A stretch of DNA of 64,000 nucleotides, from NCBI GenBank assembly GCA_046563655.1, contig CM102288.1, positions 4,030,001 to 4,094,000 on the forward strand. Reading direction: 5' to 3'. The stretch comes from Yuukianura sp. NJ FZ-2021. Lineage: Eukaryota. Made by a program: the position numbers and the translations under genes. The notes beneath the pieces were generated by a model, which worked only from the letters and a program-made list of their open reading frames with translations, was not told the origin of the DNA and ran no database searches. The stretch's first letter is position 1; the number at the start of each line of letters is the position of its first letter. Shown here one piece after another: positions 38,838-52,101 of the stretch.

Positions 38838-40326
38838 TTAAATATAACTGTCGAGTTTGTTGATTATGGCCTCTTGGAAGTAGTTGTTGTCACAGTTTGG
38901 AGTTTCTTCCATGACATGACATGTCGTCGAGGTTCTAAAATCTTCTTTCACCTTGGACACGAATCGGCTTAAAGAAAAAGGCGCTTGACGACTGTCCAGA
39001 TCGATCTGCTCAAAAGCTTTATAAAGGAGACCGATTCTACCAGGTTTGAAAAAGTGACCGCCAATTCCATGCAGAATTCCAGCGCCAGCGTCGGTTGGAT
39101 CACATAACGTTTGGTTAACGAAAAATGGTGGAACGAAGTTCCAGAGACACGGAAGTGTGTGTAGCTTTTCAGAGAAGATGTGGAAGTACACATCCATGAT
39201 ATCCTAAAACCAAGTTTGAAAATTAGCGCCATTTTGACAACTCTCAACTCTTTCTCTCAACTCTTTTTTTCAACTCTCTTTTTCTTTCAACTCCTTTTCT
39301 CTCAACTCTTTTTTGGTCACCTGATCTGCCCATTGTAGAAACTGTTCGTAGCTTTGGCATCCTTGGACCAGCCAAGTATTCCAGTCAGTGTCATGTCTGA
39401 GTCGAGTAAGGTTCATGAGCATGACACCCGAATTGTAGGCGGGAATTTTGACTAAACCGAGACGCTGAACGAGTGGTCTGGAGTTGAATTCTCGACGACT
39501 CCGAACCATTCCGACTTGCGTTGTCGGAGTGAACGTGACCAATTCGTTCCAGAGATCCAGGATGTGCTGGAAGAGGATAATGTCAGTGTCCATGTAAATC
39601 AAAGTGTCAACTTGCGGCAGAAGTTGAGGCAACAGGAGACGAAGGGTACTGCACGGAGCGTACAAGTTTTCCATCCACTCATATCCTGAAAATCAAAATT
39701 CCTCAAAGTGAGTCCAGAATTTGGAACTTTTCTGAAAATTTCTGATTTTTACCTTTCAAATATTTTGCAGGTTGGTAAATTAGATGTAACTTATCGGTGT
39801 AATTTTGAGTCCAGGATGCCACGGTGTCCTGGAGTGACTTGACACTTTCTTCATTGTTCGAAATGACGAAAAGCTCCAAGTGGACGTTTGTTCTTATCCA
39901 TTCTTGCTCCTGTGCAGACAAGCCGCGAATCTGCGCATGCTTCATGCCCACAACAATGGACTTGATCAGCGTCAGCGTCTGGTTGTACTGTCTACTGAAG
40001 CTGAATCTCAACTTCTGCGAATTTTTGACAATAACTGACTTCAGTGGAGCCGTTTTTTCGCACATAGTCAGCACCGTCGTGACCTTGCAGGGTCCCCTGA
40101 CCTTGCTACCCCTTACACTCGGCATGCAAGGGAGCAGTTCCAAGGGCCCCCTGCCAGTATTATACTTTTCGTCAGTCCTTGACCAATTGGACTGTGCTTG
40201 AAGATTGCTGACTTTTGGTGTCCAGAATTTGGGGTCATGACCTCTACTGAGTTCCTGTTCCGGAATGTCCAGAAATCTGAGGAGAAAGTAGAGCAGAGCT
40301 CCGGTGAGGATGTTTCTCCTTCCCAT
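38838..40326 (-). CDS. Glucoside xylosyltransferase (GXYLT/shams)-like GT8 enzyme
   Basis: Short signal anchor, TLTLIKSIV, LYAPCSTLRLLLPQLL, DxD motif YMDTDII, YNSGVMLMNLTRLR, WADQ|DI, LPCLWNF and ILHG. Three exons. Confidence 0.85.
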
Positions 40327-40960
40327 TGTTTCTGGACAAATGAGTGCCCAAAGCAGAAGATACGGTGATGAAGTGGGGTAAGTTAAGATATTCCGCAATT
40401 ATGCTAAGTGTCAATTAACTAATTTGAAGATGAAGAAACTAGAGGGGGTCGGTTTGAAGTCAATACGACCTTGTGAGTGGTCATTATTTCAAATGGGACT
40501 TGAAAACGTAACGTATGAGCCACACGGTACATTTGGATTTGCACGTGAAATTGCTTAAATGTTTCTAGGAACTGATTCATCCCCAAAATCCCGAACACTA
40601 AATTGCCTCTTAAGTGGCTCCTGCTTAAAACTTATAGAGGCTTTTCGCTTCTGGCGCGCGAAAAGAGAAGCAAAACGAAAAACGATTAGTAATAGGAATT
40701 ATTATTGGTGGTTTTGTTAGAATGTATGGCATTTATTTACTTTATTTCTTGGTGTATTATTGGGAGCACGCCATTTCTTCGAATGAATTGCAACGAAGTG
40801 AATTTCTCCGAATGAATTTCACTGAAAACAAGTCCAACGAAAGTTGTATTTCAACGAAAGTCCAACTACAACGAAAGTTGAATTTGAATGAATTTCAATT
40901 GTTGAAGTGCAACAACAAAAAAGTTGTAAATTCCTAGAACCATACCTAGACCCGTTTTAA

Positions 40961-43310
40961 TTACTCCTGTCGATTAATTAGAATTAGTTGATGAGGTTTA
41001 GGAATTAAAACAGGAGCTGCGTAGTAGTCCACCTTGAGTGGAGGTGAATTCGGGTCCGGCTTGACCTGGAATCGCTGGAACAAACTTGTAGTGAATAGAA
41101 ACAGTTCATCTCGAGCTAAACTTTCACCCAGACAGACTCTTCTGCCGGTTCCGAACGGGATGAGGTCGTCACAACGAATGACCTTTGAGCCGTCAGGGGT
41201 CAAGAAGCGTTCTGGACGGAAGTTGTCAGGGTCACCCCATACTTTGGGGTCATGCATCACTCCGAACAGATTTGGACTGATCAAAGTGTCTTTGGGAATG
41301 TGGAATCCACGGAACGTTGTGTCTTCGGTGGCTCGATGCATCACGGCCATTGGAATGATGGCGCCAAATCGCATGACCTGAATCAAAATTACGTCAAAAA
41401 CTGTTAAAACAAGTATTTCAAGGGCAGAAAAATTGCAAAAATGTTTGTAAAATTTGATCAAGGTTATTTAAGTTAAACATAAAAGAAACTGAAATTCAAA
41501 TTTGAACTGAAATTAAAGTAATAAACCTAAAACCTTGATTGCTGCAAATTAAATAAGTGTGTGGCGTTTAGTCATAAATTGTCTCACCTCGGATATCACA
41601 GCTTCAGTGTATGGCATTCTGGAATGAATGGATTGTGATTAATTCAAAGTGAGATAAATGTAATTATAGAGTAATTAAGTAATTACGTAATTAGTAATTA
41701 AGTGTTTACAGTGGTTTGTCAGATAGCGATGGAAGACGGGACAACCCCACCACTTCCTTGATCTCTTTGAACAATTTCTCTTGTTTTTCTGGATACAAAG
41801 CCAACAGCAGAAATTCCCAAGTCAGTGTTGTAGAAGTCGTTTCTGCCTATTTTTCAATGTTTAAAATTTAAAAATGTTTCGTTTTTCTGAAAACCGAAAA
41901 TTCAAAAGAAAAGTGACAAAAATTACCCCAGCCACAAAGAGATCGTTGATCACACCAAGCAAATTGCGTTCTGCAATTTCAAAAATTGTAAAATTGAAAG
42001 AATTGTTAATTTTCGTTTTTAAAATTTTGTTTTTGACCTTACCTCCTTCAGATTCGAAAAAGCTTGACTTTTGGTTAGAAGTTTTCTTCACTTCGGTCAA
42101 GTAGACGTCGATGAAGTCCCTCGGTGCGTCTTCCTGCAAGGTGTCCTGGTGGGCCTTGATGGTGCCCTTCATCCAATCCATCGTTCGCTTAGTCTGTTCT
42201 GCTCGTTCCTTAGGATTAGATCCGCCCATTAGAAATCTTGGCACGATCTTCCGCAAAACAGGGAAAAACAGAGCTAGGGACATCACTTTACTCTGACTAA
42301 TCGTCCTACAACACAAGTATTTCATAAAGTAATTACAGTAATTCAAGTATTTCATAAAGTAATTACAGTAATTCAAGTAGAATTACTTACGTAGTTAGTT
42401 GTTTAATGAGTTGCCCTAGGATGGGATCCGAATGGGAGTAGCGTTGACCACTCACGAGGGACCAGAGAGCATTTAAAACAGCTAATTCAAAAAAAAAGTT
42501 CCGAAATTTCAATTCAAAAAGTTAAAAAAAACGAATTTGAATTGTTGTTTTGTTCAAATATGTTTGAGCACAGAAATCAGTTACTTGCCTGCGTTGAACT
42601 TGTTTTGAGTGCTGATTGGTGTTCCAGCATCAGCACTTTCCTTGAAAGTTTCAATCAGTTCTTTCACTTCCTCTTGCACCAACCCCTCCATTGACTTTTT
42701 TCCAAATCCAAAGTCTCTCAAGTTTTTCAAAATGAAGCGTCTCTGTTCAAACAGCACAGTTTTAGTCTGTTTTTTAAACAGATTTAATTTTTTAGTTTAC
42801 TTTAGCTTACTTGATCCACCCAGTCAATTCCATCTTGGAAAATCACTCCTAAAACATTTTGAAATGTCAGAAATTGCTATTTTTTCGAAATTTATTTTGA
42901 AATTACCGCCTGGTTTTCCTCCAGTTCTGTCCAGGAGTACTTGGAACCTTGGTCTTCCGCTCAAAGCGACTTCTGCCATGGCTTCCCTGATGGCTGCAGC
43001 GCTGTTGAGAACTACTGTGGGGTATGGCCCAAAGTAGACAGAAATGACATCTCCATACGTCTCACTCATGCGCATAAAGTCCTTGGAAGGCTCAGGAGAC
43101 AAGTTGTGCAGATTCCCAATCAAAGGGAGTGCAAAAGGCCCTTAAGTCGAATTATGAACATTATTCATATTCACATGTGGCTTCAAAGCAACTTTGTTTA
43201 AAAAAAAGATATACGTACTGACCTGGTGGAAAGTTTTTGGGACGGCGTTGTTTCCAGAAAACAAAGGTCACGAGAGCTACCAGAAGCAGTAACAGAATTT
43301 GGAACATCAT
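40961..43310 (-). CDS. Cytochrome P450, clan 2 (CYP15/303/304-like), intact
   Basis: N-terminal TM + FPPGP, WVDQRRF, LRDFGFGK, I-helix FVAG|AETT, EVMR, PERF and heme motif PFGTGRRVCLGE. One intron needs a GC donor. Confidence 0.93.
42314..42379. repeat. Intronic 30-bp tandem duplication
   Basis: caagtatttcataaagtaattacagtaatt twice exactly, plus a partial third copy. Confidence 0.85.
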
Positions 43311-43798
43311 GATTCCCGTCGTTTAGTACAAAACCTCAGTTTTCTGTTTAAAATTCTAAATTTAACCTAAAGTTAAGTTCTGTCTTAGTTTGAACGTGCT
43401 TTTAAATGCTTGTCCATTGCTCATAATGGTTTTAGTAGTTTGAAGTGCCATGACTTTCATTGTCTTTAAGCAGCTGATTAGCACAAAACTTTGAGTGCTT
43501 TGACCATGAGATTTTTAGTAGCGTTAACATTCACAATTCCAACTTTTTTTTTGTAGAAAATTGTGTGTGAATTGACTCATCTTCAGGCATAAACTGTGAG
43601 TCGTGGTTTTTAGTTTAGTTTAGTTAGGTAGTATAATCGTGGCGTCTCGTGATCATTTGCGAAGCTTTAGACAGACATCCTCTTGAATTCAAAGGTGTGG
43701 ACAATTAATCATAGGTTAGACTAACTACAAACACTTAAAATTTGCCTCTGAGTGAGATTTTTTATAAACTTGATTTTCGTTTATGAATTAATTTGTGT

Positions 43799-45545
43799 TT
43801 ATTGTTTATTTTTGTGTTCGGGGGCATAAGCTAGAGTAAAGAGAGCCTCAGGTTCACATACGAATTTGTAAACGTATCTTTCTCCCGCCACTTTTGACAT
43901 GATCCCCTTCTCGTAGTAGTAACGAAGGGAACGACTCAACTTGTCATAGTTCATCGCAGGCCGGTTCTTGATCAACCCCCACCGTCTAGCCACCTACAAG
44001 TTGAAAAGAAAGTTGAGGTCAAGGTCATCAGGTCAAAGGTCAACTGTACCTCTTCTGGTTCAACCAATTTGAACTCCATGCCTCTCCCGGTCCAGCAGAT
44101 ACAAGCAGAGTTTGATGGGTCATCTAATAAGTTCACTAGAAATTGCCACAGTTGAAGGGACCCCCGACGCCCAACACTTCCAGTCCAACCCTGACGTTTC
44201 AAAAATTTATTTTTGAAATTTTGAACATAGGATTTCAAGTTTTTGAAAAATTAAATTTTACAATCTGGGAAATAACCTGTTGATGAACGGAAGTCCACGA
44301 CACGGTTTGTGATCTTCTAGGACTCGCAGACTCTGAAGTTTTTCAAAATCAAACACACAAAGTTGAGTTTTCAAAAACTACGTTTTTTCAAAATTAAACG
44401 CCAACGCGCATTCAAAATAAGAAGTTTCATGAAAAAGTTGGTCAAAAATTTAATCGAGTTGATGGAGAAAACAGCTTCAGGGCAATTTTTTTAATATTTT
44501 TTTTTTCAAGAAGATTTAAAACAAGGAAAAGCGGATCAGCATCAAATTCAAAATCCCTTTACTCATAAAAAATTTATACATGAAACACATTCTACAAAAT
44601 TTCAAAATTTGAAAAGTTTAAAGCTTATTTAGCCTTTGCCCAAAAGACCGAAAAAATGAGACCGGAAAAGTGAGATTTAGTAATTGAGAAAAGTAGATTT
44701 TGAGAAAGTGAAAGTGGAGAAAGTGCTTTTGGTGTGTTAAAAGCTTAATTACTTATTCATGCCACAATTATGAAAGTTAGGTTAGGGAGAAAGTGAAAAC
44801 CCTAAGTTATGCAACAGCTTTCTGTTTTCTTTTCATTTTTCAAAAAAGCTACACGCTGAAATAAGCCCCATTTTATAACGGCGTATTGCTCAAAAATCAT
44901 CATTTCCGTTTTTTGGAAAGTAAAAATTGAAGTTCCAAAAATATACATCTTTTCAATTAAGTTTTGAGCCAAAGGTGATTAATTTTTTGAGGTTGGAAGG
45001 GAATTAGGAGTCGTTGCATGCCGGAAGTTGAAAAACTGAAATTTCAAAAAAAAATTATGAAAAAGTGAAAGTCACCTTCAATGCTGTTGGGAGCGTGATT
45101 TGGAGGGGGTGGCGGTGAAAGCGTGAAGTCAGTAGGATGAGTCTGGGTCGTCATGAGCCCATGAAATTTTACATCCACGTTCAGCGGAGAGACGCTCCTG
45201 TTTCAAAAATGTTTGAATGAAAAGTGTTAATTAGGAAGTGTGAAAATGGAACTTTCTCATTTTTCATTTCTAATTAATTTTGAGACCAGGAGAAAACGGT
45301 TTTCCGAAATCATGCTGAAAAGTGTGAATTGAGAATTTTAGTCAACTGATTTACCCATATTCTCGTTCCCGGTGGGCCGGAACTGGAAGTTGCAGGGTGG
45401 TGGGGTAGTCTTCGTAAGATGGAGACCCACCATTGGCCCCACCATGGTGGGTCTGATGTGGGAGATGAGCTGGATGGTGATGGTGGTGGTGCGTATAGTA
45501 ATAACTCCCGCTGCTACTTGTGTAGTCAGGAGATGAGCAGTACAT
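43799..45545 (-). CDS. PEA3-subfamily ETS transcription factor (ETV1/4/5, Ets96B-like); may extend to upstream exons near 47450-47560
   Basis: ETS domain [15 protein letters not shown]...EPEE|VARRWG...[38 protein letters not shown]. Upstream exons ~44278-44333, ~45077-45197 and 45355-45551 splice in frame (His-rich N-terminal region). Confidence 0.88.
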
Positions 45546-48407
45546 TTCCGGTCTAGAAACATCTTTTTTCCAACAGAAATAGAATCAAAATTCACAAAAA
45601 AAAAAGCAAAATGAAGAAAAAAAACTTTTTCTTTTATATCAAATCAAAAAAAAATTTTTTTTACAGAAAAACTAGCATTTTAAATTTTGTTTTCATAAAA
45701 TGAAACACAACTTAAAACCGAGTGCGCTTTTGTACCAAAATCAGTAAATTTTGAATTTGGTATCAATAAATTTGAAATTCCAGAGCTTTCACTAGAATTT
45801 TTTTTTGAATAGAATGAGGTCATGTTTACAGTATCAAAAAATATGGAAAAGAAGAAACATGAGAAAACTGGAAAGAAGAAAAATGTTCTTTGTGTGTCAA
45901 ATTTTGAATTCAATTGACTTTCTCCTGCTTTCACCGAAAAAGAGAAACCTCAAAATTTCAATTGACAACAAATTTCCAACCCCCTCCTCTCTCTCCTCTC
46001 ATGAATTTTCCCTCTCTCTTTCCAAAAAGTCACCACAATGACTTTCAGCTGTTGTAACAAATGTCTTTTTTTTTCGTTTTTTGAAATCCTTCCCTCCTAT
46101 TGTTGTAAAGTGAGCGTAGCCAATTCTTAAATTTTCCACGGTTCCTTGAGCAAGAGTGAAACCACAATCGTTAGAGTAGAAATGAATGAAAGTAGGAATT
46201 AAATCATGGTTCTCATGCTGATTATGGTCAAGGGTGAAAGTGAAATGGAAAACAAAAGAGAAGGAGTCTCCAGAGAAACACTTTTAGGCTTTCCAAACAA
46301 ATCTTCTCTGCCTTACTCAATTTTTCATGCGTTTTTAGAAATGAGAGGGGGAGGGGATTAGGTTAGGCTGAAGAGAACCTAACTAACCTAATCTCAAACA
46401 TAACCTAACCTTGAGACAAAAAGAAACAAAAAGGAGAGAAACATTGAGAAATAAAAGAAATTAGGAGAAAACTACCCCTTGGGGGTGCAAAATTTTCATC
46501 CCCTTTCCACCCCCTTATAATTTTATTCGCGCGTTTTGTCAAAACAGTAAACTTTTAACTTTTGAAAATTAAATTTCAATTATTTCTCGAGTCTTGGTTG
46601 TTCGAAATTTGGAAGGTTAGGTTATTTTTTTTTTAGAAAAGGGAGAGGAAAAGTGGGTGTAGTATGAAATGTGCTGTTGATTTTCTTGGAAGTGCTGTTG
46701 AATTGTTTACCAATGCTGAGGGCGTAATCATTTAATTACTCTCGTCAACAAATAGGAGATGATCCATCTCTGTTCTTTTGAGAAAGATGGAGTTGACCTG
46801 TTTGTGTAGCGGAGGTCAACAAAAGAAAGTCAACACAATAGAAACAAGTTCTGCTCCCATCTTCTTCATCTCTGTCAATATTATCATTCTGCAAGTAATA
46901 AACTCACCCCATTACACAACCACTTTGCAACACTCTTCACAGGAATCAAATAAAAACTAAAACTGCCCTCCAACCACTTCATTCTGACTTTTCAAACACA
47001 TTTCCAAAAAATATGGAATATTTTACAAAAGTTACACGTGTAGTTTTTTGAAAACTGTTTGAAAATGTTTGAACAAGAGAATAAAAATTGATGATTTTGA
47101 TGTTGGTAAGAAAAAGAGGAAGATCAGAGAAAGTGGAGGAAAAAAGTCATTAGGGACACAGCAGTAGGGAGGAGAAGGAAAGTGATCTCTTGTCATTCAC
47201 ATAACCAGTTTGGTTAAACACAAAAAACAAAAGAACCTTTTTAAAAAAAAGTGAAAGCTAAAAACCAAAATCAAATTGAAAATTTTTGAGAGAAATCGAA
47301 AAGGAGAGGAAAAAAGTTCCTAATTTAAAGAACACGGCGATGTTTTCTTTTGTAACTTTTGATTGAAGTTTGCACAAAGCAATTAAAGCTTGAAATTGGA
47401 ATTTTGATTTTGTTTTCAAAATTTTACAATTTTTTAACTATTAAAAAGTTACCTTGGATCCAGTGAGAGTGGAGTGATGAGTGGTGAAGGGGAGGGGGCA
47501 GCGGTCCTTCCAGAAATCCACCCGGCATCATTGCTCAAAATTTCGAAAATTTTGAAATTCTGAAAACAGGAAATTGTGTAACTTGTGAATTGTACTTGAC
47601 CAATAATAATATTGGAATTGGAAAATCTTTGGTAGAATTCGAAAAGGAAAGTTTATTTTTTGAAATTGTTGAACTTCTCACCCCCTCTTTTCTCCCCCTT
47701 TTGTCTTATTCTGTTCCTTCCAAATCCGATTCTCTTGAAAAGTGAAAGAAAAGTGAAAGTCTTTTGTTGATCAAAATGAAAAGTTAATTTTCCAAAGTGA
47801 AAAGTCTTTTCTCTTTTGTTCGAACCCAAAAGTGACCAACTTTCTACTTTCAATTTAACAATAGAAACAAAATGGAACTAAAAACTTCAACTAAACTGTT
47901 CAGGTCAAAGAGCAAGAGCAACTGAACCAAGATTCTAAAAATAACTGTAATTACAGATTAAATTTTGATTAAATTAGTAGCTGAGTAATTCAATTACCTT
48001 TTGTCACAAGAAAAATTCACGTCGATTGAAAACTTGAAAAAAAATTATACAAGTGAAAAACCGGATTATGAAAGTTTTGTGCTCAGCCCGAATTCTTACT
48101 TTCGACAAGGAAAAGTTTAAATTTTCACTTTTCAAAGAATTTTTTTTATTGTTGAAAGTTGAAAGTGGAGCTTAGTTTAGTTTTGGATTTGTGTGGAAGT
48201 GTTTCAATTATGAATGAGTGAGTCCCTTGACTCTTGTGAAAGTTCAACAGGGTAGCACAATTCGCATTTCTCCAGACTTTCTCTGCGTCTGAGCCCAAAG
48301 TCAACCAATCACAACCCCCGACATACCCTCAACACAATTAATTCAAACTGAAATAGTTCAACACTTTATTAGTTTAATTCAATTCAAATTTTAATTCATT
48401 TACTTAA

Positions 48408-49688
48408 TTAACCTTTAATGCCTTTCCTTCCGCCGAAATGGCGCGAAAGTTGGTTAGCGTCAATAATTCGAAGTAATTCAGCTTGCCACTCTGCTTTGTC
48501 GTAACCAAAAGCGTACAGACTCTCTTCATGTGTCGCCGGAGCAAAGGTTTGGAGTAATTCAATCAAAGTAATTGTGACGCGACTCGCTACAAAAGCAAAA
48601 ATCAAGTGTAATTACTTTGAGTAATTCATGTAATTACGAAGGAATTGACAAGTAATCGAGGTAATTAAGCTTACTGTTGATGATGTAAATATCTTGGAAC
48701 AGTTGAGGGTAGTGGTTGAAGTAGACATTGACAATAGAAAGGAAGAAAGGGATACCTGAATTACGAAATACAATTGAATTTTTTAGTAATTACTTTGGGT
48801 AATTAAGTAATTAACTGACAATTAGGACACATGTGTTCCCGTAAAGAGAGTCCCCCCATGTCTGCAATGACCATCCAGTTGATTGACTCTTGTGCTGCTG
48901 TTTCGTTTTGAATTTGTCTCCGAATTGCACACATTGATTCCAAAAGATGAATTAGTGCCCGGTTCAGTTTGTCCACTCTGCCAGACAACATGATTTTACG
49001 CAAGTGGCAATTGGCTAACGAAGCAGTCAGAACTAAAACAAAATTAAATTAATTATTTAAATTAATTATTATATAATTAAATTAATTCAAAATGGATTTG
49101 TTCTTACAAGGGCGTCCCTTCTTGTCCCTTCCACTCAAGTCGTATGGACATTGTTTCAAAATTTCATAAAAATCTTCACTTAGTATCGCATCCACTCCGT
49201 TCTGTTTTCTCCATTGCAAGGACTACATTTCAAAATTTTTCTTATTACAAGCTCGTAAAAATTGGCCCGTAATAAGTTTTTTCTTGAAATTTTCAAAAAA
49301 TTTCCGAAAAAGTCTGTTTTACATTAAGCAGCTTCTGCTTGGCTGCGTCCACGTCCAGATATTGATCTCGAAGCCACCGCATCAAGTAGATGTCTTCTCT
49401 CATGTAATCTTTGTACAAGTACTTACTCATCCCCTTCCGAAACTACAATTAAATTTTAAACCAGAATTAAATAATATAAATTAAAATAAAAATTTAGTTT
49501 AAATTTAGTATCAATTACTCCAAATTATAACTCACTTCGGCAAGCGCCTTTACTTCCCGCTCTTGCTTGAAAACTCGCCGTGTGCCATTAAGATGTGGCT
49601 GATGCTGGGCAGTGGCACTGTTTAGAATACAACCAAAAATTGACAGCAACAAAACTAGTACAAAGTTATTGAAATCTAAACGGGTCAT
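48408..49688 (-). CDS. SEC14/CRAL-TRIO lipid-binding protein with N-terminal signal peptide, no GOLD domain
   Basis: MTRLDFNNFVLVLLLSIFGCILNSATA-Q, DIYLMRWLR (CRAL-N), WRKQNGVD, GRDKKGRP, IADMGGLS, YPQL...IYIIN and LSRHFGG. Confidence 0.88.
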
Positions 49689-50141
49689 TTCCAAATAAGC
49701 TAAATGTTAGAGGTAAACAGGTCACACGATTCTTGTTTCTGCTGTGGTTCAGCTAAGAATACAACTGCCACTCAATTCAAAATCAACCAACTTTCAAATT
49801 CAAAAGTTGTTGACCTTGAAGAAGGAGTTCAGAAGTTGTTGGACACTAAATTGGCCGAAACGTCATAAAATTGGAGTGACGCTTGTACAACTAAAGTAGA
49901 GTGAGAATTTTGTTTTTCGATAAAAAACGTTGTTAAGAATAATTAAATTCAACATGCGATCACGCGAAATAAGTCATGAAATTCATATAATTAGTGCAAT
50001 TACAATTTCCTACGCAATCGGTGTAAATTACACTGGATTTTATTTGGAAGAAGGAAGTACAGTGAAGAAATTGTATTTCTATAACACATTTCAAAAAATT
50101 TAAAGAAGATTGAAAATTTTTTAGAAGATGTCAAGAAAGCT

Positions 50142-52101
50142 TCAAGCGTCTCTCTCATGAAAGACGAGATGATGCGTTCCAGGGCTGAGAACGAGGTTGA
50201 TGTGACCTCGGAGTGCTGGTTTGCGACCATGAAGAGATACGCGAAATTTTTGCAAAATGCTGGAAAATAAAAATTTAGAACTTTTTTTTTGTCTTTTACG
50301 TAAATAGATAAAACGCGAGATGTGTGACCTTGTTGCGAAGAGAAAAAGTGTTTCCCTCGCCAATTTTTCTGCGATGCAAACTCGTTTTCCGTAGGAAAAA
50401 GGAATGAATGCTTCGTGTGACCTGTTCAGAGTTCCATCAGTGTGGAGAAAGCGACTTGGACGGAACTGTTCTGGGTCACCCCAAATGTCTTTGTCATGCA
50501 GAGCAGCATAGAGGTCAGTGATGACCACTGTGTCCTTGGGCAGCACATATTGACCTACTGTGACCTCTTCTGTTGTGGAATGGAATATGGCCAGAGGGAA
50601 GATTCCTGCGCAGCGCAGACTTTCCATGATCACACTCTCTGTCACGACCATTTTTTGGCGGTCGGCCAAGTCCGGGAGACGGGACATTCCGATGACGGCT
50701 TTGATTTCTTCGAAAACTTTTTCCTGAATCTCGGGGTGCAAGGACATGAACAGAAAAATCCAAGTGGTTGAAGTACTTGTCTAAAATTTTGAAGAAAAAT
50801 TGAAATTTTGAAAAGAAAAAGTTGGTTTCATTTTTCAGAAATGTTCTGAATTTTGCTAAGTGTAGGAAAGACTTCTTACGGTATCGGCGCTACCGATAAA
50901 GAGATCTTCGACAGACTTCATTGCGTTGAGTTCTGAAAAATGTTACAAAAAAGCTGAAAACTTTAGAAAGTGTTTTTTTTTTTCAAAAATGGTTGAAGTA
51001 AGGAAGAAATAACCTCCTTGTTCCCCGTAGAATGAAGATTTGGGGTCAGTGGTTGACGCGATTTCTTCGCACATGGAGTCCATGATGTCACGTGCTTGTC
51101 CAGGAACGTAGGTGGCCTTGTGTTCCAGAAACGCTGTTTTCACAAATTCCGAAAGTGGTTGACAAAAACTAAGCAGCGAATTGTACCCAGTGATGTTCGG
51201 AAACGTTTTGCTTAGGAGTGGAAACGCAAAGGAAATAGCAGCATAAAGAAACTGATCAAGACTCCTGAAATTTTAAACAAACTTTCAAAATTTCCAAAGC
51301 TTTTCAAATTTTGGAACAAAAATTTGCTGACAACTCACGACACTACAACTTTTGCAACCTCTTTCAATTTCGGATCAGTTTGATAAGTACGCATGCCCGT
51401 GAAAATTCGCCAAACCGAGTTTAAAATTGCTATTTAGGAAACCAAAAATTTTTAAAAACTAGAGTTAAGCCTAGTGGAAACACAATTTGGCGGGGTTGAA
51501 ACGTGAATTTTTTGTTACGTGGATTGAAGAGGTGGGTTGACTTCATTGGTCTTTCAAGATGTTTCCTTAGAGTGTTGTCCATAAATTCCATAATTTCTTC
51601 CTGAATGATTTCCTGAACAGAACTTTTGGCGTATCTGAAGTCTCTTAAATTTTTTAAAACAAAGCGTCGTTGTTCATTCCAGTGACTCAGTTCAGACGTG
51701 ATAATTCCACGACAAAACTTGGACCCTGGTCCACACCGATCCAGAAAACCTTGAAACTTGGGTCTTCCTGCCAATGCCGGTTTGACTAAAATTTCACGCA
51801 GAATTTTGACGTCTGTGACCACGACTGTTTCCAAAGTTCCAAAATGGAAGGAAAAGATGCCGCCATACTTTTTTCCAATGGCCATAAAACCAATGTGTGG
51901 TTTCAGACCAACAGACAGCAAGTTGCCAATTAGCGGCAGTGGGGTAGGGCCTTTACAAAATTTAAAAATGAGCAAAATCAAAATTTGTGAAAAACAGATT
52001 AAAAATTGACCTGGTGGGAAATTTGCTGGGCGTTTCTTCCTTGTCAAGTAAAAGCGGGCAATAAGGAGAATCACTACACTGATGAACAAGTAGCCAAACA
52101 T
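50142..52101 (-). CDS. Cytochrome P450, clan 2, tandem copy A
   Basis: FPPGP, WNEQRRF, I-helix FIGSADT|T, ESLR, PEQFRPSRF and heme motif PFSYGKRVCIAE. All junctions splice in frame. Confidence 0.9.

Noticed and set aside
38838..40326. GT8 gene as a horizontal transfer
   Set aside because: Its motifs fit animal GXYLT-type enzymes and it has ordinary spliceosomal introns.
40780..40900. Degenerate caacgaaagt/gaatgaattt repeats
   Set aside because: Irregular minisatellite-like relic with no definable ends or function.
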